NCBI GenBank assembly: GCA_027019085.1
Contig: JALUXG010000011.1
Span: forward strand, 1,944 to 65,943
Reading direction: 5' to 3'
DNA: 64,000 nucleotides
DNA from: Rhodanobacteraceae bacterium
Lineage (GTDB): Bacteria > Pseudomonadota > Gammaproteobacteria > Xanthomonadales > Rhodanobacteraceae
Both the position numbers and the translations under genes were made by a program. Under the pieces are notes generated by a model that worked only from the letters and a program-made list of their open reading frames with translations, did not search any database and had not been told where the DNA came from. Positions within the stretch are counted from its first letter, which is position 1. The number at the start of each line of letters is the position of its first letter. Below, one piece after another: positions 59,062 through 64,000 of this stretch.

Positions 59062-60000
59062 ATGCCCGTGACCCCGCGCCTGATCCTGTTCCTCGTCTTC
59101 GCCTTCTTCGTGCTGTGCGTGCTGGCCGTGCATCTGCGCGGACGGGCCAGGCTGCGCTTCGATCGCCAACTGGTCGACCACTCGGCCATCTTCGCACCCT
59201 ACAACCTGCTGATGTACGCGTTCTCCGCCGTGCCCGCGCGACCGATCCTGGACCGCGCCGGCTTCCCGCAGCTGGACCTGCTCCGCGACCACTGGCAGGA
59301 CATCCGCGAGGAAGCCGCGCACCTGTTCGACCAGGGTTTCATCCGTGCCGCGGAGAAGAAGAACGACGCCAGCTTCAACTCCTTCTTCAAGCAGGGCTGG
59401 AAGCGCTTTTATCTCAAATGGTACGGCGAACCGCTGCCCTCGGCCGAGACGCTGTGCCCGCAGACCGTGGCCTTGCTGAACCGACTGCCCGATGTGAAGG
59501 CGGCGATGTTCGCCCTGCTGCCGCCGGGCGGCAAGCTGAACCCGCATCGCGACCCGTTCGCCGGCTCGCTGCGCTACCACCTGGGACTGATCACGCCCAA
59601 TTCGGAGGACTGCCGCATCTTCGTCGACGGTGAAATGCACGCCTGGCACGACGGCGAGGACGTGGTGTTCGATGAAACCTACGTGCACTGGGCCGAGAAC
59701 CGGACCGACCAGACCCGCGTGATCCTGTTCTGCGACGTGGTGCGCCCGCTGCGCACGCGCATCATGCAGGGCTTCAACAGGCGCGTGAGCGCCTTCATGG
59801 GCCGCATCACCGCCTCGCCCAACGAGGAAACCGACAGCACCGGCGTCCTCAATCGCCTGTACGCGCTCAACCACAGCTTCGGCCAGCGCAACAAGGCCTT
59901 CAAGCGACGCTGGCCGCGCGCCTTCCGCACCCTCAAGTATGCGCTGATCGCGCTCGTGCTGTGGGCGATCTTCCTTGCCCCCTGGCCGTTCACAGGCTGA
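59062..60000 (+). CDS. lpxO: aspartyl/asparaginyl beta-hydroxylase family protein (lipid A hydroxylase LpxO-like)
   Basis: 312 aa. N-terminal TM helix and the LNPHRDP...YHLGL...HWAEN Fe/2OG-type motif. TAGAAT at 59016-59021 is a possible -10 element. Confidence 0.8.
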   Translation: MPVTPRLILFLVFAFFVLCVLAVHLRGRARLRFDRQLVDHSAIFAPYNLLMYAFSAVPARPILDRAGFPQLDLLRDHWQDIREEAAHLFDQGFIRAAEKKNDASFNSFFKQGWKRFYLKWYGEPLPSAETLCPQTVALLNRLPDVKAAMFALLPPGGKLNPHRDPFAGSLRYHLGLITPNSEDCRIFVDGEMHAWHDGEDVVFDETYVHWAENRTDQTRVILFCDVVRPLRTRIMQGFNRRVSAFMGRITASPNEETDSTGVLNRLYALNHSFGQRNKAFKRRWPRAFRTLKYALIALVLWAIFLAPWPFTG

Positions 60001-60007
60001 CCCGCGC

Positions 60008-60427
60008 ATGTCCGGCCTGCCGCCATTCCACCTTGCCTTCGCGGTCGATTCGCTGGCCAAGGCACGCGCCTTCTACGGCGAACTGCTGGGCTGCCGCGAA
60101 GGCCGCAGTTCGGATCACTGGGTCGACTTCGACTTCTTCGGCCACCAGATCGTGGCCCACCTTGCGCCGCATGCCGCTACCGTGCATCACAACCCGGTCG
60201 ATGGCGACGACGTGCCGGTACCCCACTTCGGCGTGGTGCTGGACATGCCCGCCTGGGAAACGCTGGCCGAACGCCTGCGCGCCGCCGGCACACGCTTCGT
60301 GATCGAACCGCACGTGCGCTTCCGCGACCAGCCCGGCGAGCAGGCCACCATGTTCCTGCTCGATCCTTGCGGGAATGCGCTGGAATTCAAGGCCTTCGCC
60401 GACCGCGGCCGAATGTTCGCGCGCTGA
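60008..60427 (+). CDS. VOC (glyoxalase/bleomycin-resistance/dioxygenase) family protein
   Basis: Trimmed to the ATG at 60008. FHLAFAV...[10 protein letters not shown]...HFGVVL...DPCGNALEF. Confidence 0.82.
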   Translation: MSGLPPFHLAFAVDSLAKARAFYGELLGCREGRSSDHWVDFDFFGHQIVAHLAPHAATVHHNPVDGDDVPVPHFGVVLDMPAWETLAERLRAAGTRFVIEPHVRFRDQPGEQATMFLLDPCGNALEFKAFADRGRMFAR

Positions 60428-60486
60428 CAACACCCCGTCACGCGATACCCACCGACCCGCAGGACAAACGCTGCCCACAACAACAC

Positions 60487-60507
60487 GTAGGGCGGACACC
60501 GTCCGCC
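60487..60507 (+). repeat. REP-like element (GTAG + 7-bp palindrome)
   Basis: GTAG-GGCGGAC-ACC-GTCCGCC between the convergent VOC and peroxiredoxin genes. Confidence 0.5.
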
Positions 60508-60617
60508 GCTGCGCGCGCTACCCGGGTCAAACCCGTGCACGCGCCAAGAACGGTGACAGGTATACTCTTCAGCGAACAATTCAAACAGGTTGTAAGTGCA
60601 CCTGCCACCGTTTCTCG

Positions 60618-61271
60618 TCACAGGTCCTTCTTGCAGAAGTACCAGTCGGTGCACTCGTAACCGTCATGGATACGCTTCTCGGCGGCCTCGGCCGTGCCCG
60701 GTGGAGGCACGATGACCTTTTCGCCCGGCTGCCATCCTTCCGGTGTGGCCACGGCGTTCTTGTCCGAAGTCTGAAGTGCCGTCACCAGGCGCACGAACTC
60801 CGGAATCGAACGACCATTGGTCATCGGGTAGTAGACCATGGCGCGAAGGATGCCCTTGTCGTCAATGACGAAAGTGGCACGCACGGCCGAGGTATCGGCG
60901 GCGCCCGGATGGATCATGCCGTAGGACCGGGCCACGTTCATGCTCAAATCCTCGATGATCGGAAACGGGATCTCGACGCCGAACTTCTCCTTGATATTGC
61001 GCACCCAGGCGACGTGCGAGTAGTAGCTGTCGATGGACAGTCCCAGCAGCTCGCAGTTCAGCTTCTGGAACGCCGGATAGGCCTTGGCGAAGGCCATGAA
61101 CTCGGTGGTGCATACCGGTGTGAAGTCAGCCGGGTGGGAAAACAGCACCAGCCATTTTCCCTTGTAGTCGGACAGCTTGCGGACGCCGTGAGTGGTTCTG
61201 GCCTCGAAATCCGGTGCCGACGCATTGAGCTGCGGCATGCCCGGGTTCAGGTTCTGGCTTTCCTGGTTCAT
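60618..61271 (-). CDS. 1-Cys/Prx6-type peroxiredoxin
   Basis: 217 aa. FSHPADFTPVCTTE motif and a C-terminal Prx6-like extension. Confidence 0.9.
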   Translation of the reverse strand: MNQESQNLNPGMPQLNASAPDFEARTTHGVRKLSDYKGKWLVLFSHPADFTPVCTTEFMAFAKAYPAFQKLNCELLGLSIDSYYSHVAWVRNIKEKFGVEIPFPIIEDLSMNVARSYGMIHPGAADTSAVRATFVIDDKGILRAMVYYPMTNGRSIPEFVRLVTALQTSDKNAVATPEGWQPGEKVIVPPPGTAEAAEKRIHDGYECTDWYFCKKDL

Positions 61272-61358
61272 GGGGTTGCTCCTGGACGGTGAGTTGCAGG
61301 GATGCGCTACACGGAACCTATATTAGGTTAATCTTATATTTTGTCCAGGTGATTTTTC

Positions 61359-61391
61359 CTATGCTTTCGATAGGAAATGTCTATAGAATAG
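61359..61391. promoter_or_regulatory. candidate LysR/OxyR-type operator upstream of the peroxiredoxin gene
   Basis: CTAT-N7-ATAG-N7-CTATAG-N1-ATAG in an AT-rich patch, 90-120 nt upstream of the prx ATG. Confidence 0.4.
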
Positions 61392-61569
61392 ACAATTCGC
61401 CTGCGCGGCGATGACCTGCTGTGCGCAGCACCTGTGCAAAGTCCCACGCCGCTCCAGGAGGCCGGGCGGTCGACAAGTGCGGAAACTCCAGAACGGCGTG
61501 TTGACCGGCGTTGCGGCCGCAACCGCCGCCAACGCGCGCAACAGCATGGCCTGGCGATCACCGGATACG

Positions 61570-61596
61570 AAAAAGGCCGCGGTACACACCGCGGCC
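61570..61596 (-). terminator. rho-independent terminator after icd
   Basis: Minus strand GGCCGCGG-TGTGTA-CCGCGGCC followed by TTTTT. Confidence 0.72.
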
Positions 61597-61620
61597 TATC
61601 TGGCGGAAGGGGTGGAAAGC

Positions 61621-62631
61621 TCAGCCCTTCACGCGCTCGACCAGTGCATCGGCGAAGGTTTCCGTGCTGCCGGTACCACCGAGGTCCGGCGTGGTGCGGT
61701 CGCCGGCGGCAAGGGTCTCGCGAATGGCGGTGCGGATCTTCGTGCCCTTCTCGACCATACCCAGGTGGTCGAGCATGTCGGCCGCGGCCAGCAACAGCGC
61801 GCAGGGGTTGGCCAGGCCCTTGCCGGCGATGTCCGGGGCGGAGCCGTGCACGGCCTCGAAAATGGCTGCCTCGGCGCCGATGTTGGATCCCGGGGCCAGT
61901 CCCAGGCCGCCGACCAGGCCGGCGCACAGGTCGGAGAGGATGTCGCCGAACAGGTTGGTGGTGACGATCACATCGAACTGCTCCGGGCGCATCACCAGCT
62001 GCATGCAGGTGTTGTCGACGATCAGTTCGTTGAATTCGATCTCCGGAAACTCCCTGGCGATCTCGCGGGCCACGTTCAGGAACAGGCCCGACGTGGTCTT
62101 CATGATATTGGCCTTGTGCACCGCGGTGACCTTCCTGCGGCCCTTGCTCCGGGCCATCTCGAAGGCGTAGCGCACGATGCGGGTGGAACCACGGCGGGTA
62201 TTGCGCACGATCGAGGTCGCGGTTTCGCCGTCCTCGGACAGCGTCTGGCCCTCGGCCATGTAGGCACCCTCGGTGTTCTCGCGCACGGTGATGATGTCGA
62301 TACCCGAGAACCGCGCCTTGGTGCCGGGAAAACTGATCGCCGGACGCACGTTGGCATACAGGTCGAAGTGACGACGCAATTGCACGTTGATCGAGGAGAA
62401 ACCGCCGCCGACCGGCGTGGTCAAGGGGCCTTTCAGGGCGATGCTGTGGCGGGCGATGGCATCGAGCGTGGCCGCCGGCAGCAACTCGCCGTGCTTGTCC
62501 AGGGCCACCATGCCGGCATCGACGAAGTCGTAGGAAAGGCCGCAATCCATCGCGTCGAGCACGCGCAGGGTGGCGGTCATGATCTCGGGGCCGATGCCGT
62601 CTCCGCGGATCACGGCGATGGTCTTGCTCAT
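61621..62631 (-). CDS. icd: isocitrate dehydrogenase (small, IPMDH-like 335-aa type)
   Basis: 336 aa. IRGDGIGPEI, VRENTEG, KANIMK and TNLFGDILSD motifs. Confidence 0.85.
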   Translation of the reverse strand: MSKTIAVIRGDGIGPEIMTATLRVLDAMDCGLSYDFVDAGMVALDKHGELLPAATLDAIARHSIALKGPLTTPVGGGFSSINVQLRRHFDLYANVRPAISFPGTKARFSGIDIITVRENTEGAYMAEGQTLSEDGETATSIVRNTRRGSTRIVRYAFEMARSKGRRKVTAVHKANIMKTTSGLFLNVAREIAREFPEIEFNELIVDNTCMQLVMRPEQFDVIVTTNLFGDILSDLCAGLVGGLGLAPGSNIGAEAAIFEAVHGSAPDIAGKGLANPCALLLAAADMLDHLGMVEKGTKIRTAIRETLAAGDRTTPDLGGTGSTETFADALVERVKG

Positions 62632-62749
62632 GGGGTCACTCCTTGGGCAGCGCGCCCGGTGGCACGCGGGGGAATAAGGCGCCGCATCCGGTGAGGCGGC
62701 ATCAGCCGCCCATTATAGCGCGATGCCGGACACGCCCATGACCACGCCC

Positions 62750-63103
62750 TCAATCCCCGCCGGATGCGCCGTCCAGCTCGTCCAGCACATCGACCGCACG
62801 GCGAAGGTGCGGGATCACGATCGAACCGCCCACCACCAGCCCTACCTGGAACACCTCGAAGAAGGCCTCGCGGTCCACGCCCGCGGCATGCGCCTGCTCG
62901 ATGTGGTACCGGATGCAGTCGTCGCAACGCAGCACCAGCGAGGCGACAAGCCCCAGCATCTCCTTGGTTTTCCCGTCCAGGACGCCTGGCCGGTAGGTTT
63001 GCGAATCAAGCGAGAAAAAACGCCGCACGACCTGATTGTCCTGCTCCAGGATGCGCCGGTTCATGCGTTCGCGGAACTCGGCAAACGAAGGCTGCCCACT
63101 CAT
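62750..63103 (-). CDS. carboxymuconolactone decarboxylase/AhpD-like family protein
   Basis: Trimmed to the ATG at 63103, which overlaps the grxC stop (ATGA). CDDC redox motif in LVLRCDDCIRYH. Confidence 0.8.
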   Translation of the reverse strand: MSGQPSFAEFRERMNRRILEQDNQVVRRFFSLDSQTYRPGVLDGKTKEMLGLVASLVLRCDDCIRYHIEQAHAAGVDREAFFEVFQVGLVVGGSIVIPHLRRAVDVLDELDGASGGD

Positions 63104-63363
63104 GCCTTCTCTCCAATCCACTTCGCCAGCTGGCCGCTGTGCTCGGCGGCAGCCAGATCATCGAAACCGCCCACATGGTGGCCGTTGATGAAGATCTGCG
63201 GCACCGTGCGGCGTCCGTGGCTGCGCTCGAGCATCTCGTGCAGCCGCTGCGGGTCGGTGTCCACGCGGATCTCCTCCCACTCCAGGCCCTTGGACTGGAA
63301 CAGGTTCTTGGCGGCGATGCAGTAGGGACACACGGCCGTGGTGTACATCTGGATGTCGGGCAT
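63100..63363 (-). CDS. grxC: glutaredoxin 3
   Basis: Trimmed to the ATG at 63363. 87 aa. CPYC active site and TVPQIFING motif. Confidence 0.92.
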   Translation of the reverse strand: MPDIQMYTTAVCPYCIAAKNLFQSKGLEWEEIRVDTDPQRLHEMLERSHGRRTVPQIFINGHHVGGFDDLAAAEHSGQLAKWIGEKA

Positions 63364-63528
63364 GAAGCCAAGCCTCGCCATATCGGGAACAAGGCACCAA
63401 GATGGGGCGTGCTGTGACGAATCGCAAGGGGCGCGTGCGCGGCCATGCGCTGGCTGGCGAACCATCGCTGGAGTATCGTGGTCCCATGCATGCACGGGGC
63501 CCGCTCCGCCCCGCGCATCTTGCTGCAT

Positions 63529-64000
63529 ATGCCATTCAACACTGCCGTCCTCGCCATGTCGTCACGCTCCCTGCTGATCACCTTGCTGGCCTGTGCCGTC
63601 ACGTTCACCGCCGGCGCCCAGGACCGGGTGCGCCTGCCTGACCTGGGCAGTTCCGCCGATGCACTGATATCTCCCCAGGAAGCCTCGCAATACGGTGCAT
63701 CGATGCTGCGCCAGATGCGCTCGATGCACCTGGTCATGGACGACCCGCAGGTCCGGCAATACATCAACGACGTGGGTTACCGCCTGGTAGCCGCCAGCAG
63801 CGATCCCAAACAGCATTTCACGTTTTTCGTGGTGCGCGACCAGGACATCAATGCCTTTGCGGCCCCGGGCGGGTACATCGGCATCAACGCGGGCCTGATC
63901 GCGCTGACACAGGACGAGAGCGAACTGGCCGCGGTGATGGCGCACGAAATCGGCCATATCGCCCAGCACCACCTGGAACGCGCCTTCGAGGCCTCCAAGA
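63529..64000 (+). CDS. M48 family metalloprotease (BepA/YfgC-like), 3'-truncated at window edge
   Basis: Not in the track because it has no stop in the window. ATG 63529 (alternative 63556), signal peptide LLITLLACAVTFTAGA, NAFAAPGGYI, and HEIGH zinc motif near the end. Confidence 0.85.
   Translation, partial: MPFNTAVLAMSSRSLLITLLACAVTFTAGAQDRVRLPDLGSSADALISPQEASQYGASMLRQMRSMHLVMDDPQVRQYINDVGYRLVAASSDPKQHFTFFVVRDQDINAFAAPGGYIGINAGLIALTQDESELAAVMAHEIGHIAQHHLERAFEASK

Noticed and set aside
58116-59197. 357-aa minus-strand ORF and 205-aa plus-strand ORF across the 250-bp tandem repeat
   Set aside because: The internal duplication of the peptide simply mirrors the DNA repeat. One ORF overlaps the end of the PhoH-family gene antisense. 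No coding signature.

Overview
This is a visibly GC-rich chromosomal core-genome window from a gammaproteobacterium. Synteny suggests Xanthomonadales/Lysobacterales, which is an inference: tig-clpP-clpX-lon-hupB-tRNAVal-tRNAAsp-ppiD, pcnB-folK-panBCD, lipoprotein-dapA<>gcvR-bcp, zwf-pgl-edd-eda, Kdo kinase, and TGGTATT-type boxes next to a GntR/nagA pair. I call about 66 protein genes, 11 tRNAs, the SRP (4.5S) RNA, and several terminators, promoters and operator candidates. Many long ORFs in the six-frame track are antisense artefacts of high GC, and many track ORFs needed trimming to internal starts. I saw no transposase, integrase, phage gene, CRISPR array or recognisable defence gene. The feature that standard categories do not explain is a family of ~130-nt GC-rich multi-hairpin elements attached to both tRNA-Ser genes in the window. 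There are two perfect 190-bp tandem units at tRNA-Ser(CGA) and one full plus one partial unit at tRNA-Ser(GGA). Each element ends with an exact 18-nt copy of the tRNA-Ser 3' end including CCA, and begins with an inverted, near-perfect copy of the tRNA-Ser T-arm. Whether this is a structured RNA co-transcribed with tRNA-Ser, a recombination-site relic or a small non-autonomous mobile element cannot be decided from this window. Secondary oddities include a 250-bp tandem duplication carrying REP-like hairpins, a 17-bp inverted repeat in the LPS-core divergent promoter, and an ArsR operon with rhodanese and two small membrane proteins. Others are candidate NagQ-type operators facing the Entner-Doudoroff operon and a possible 72-codon ORF coupled to the HIT gene.
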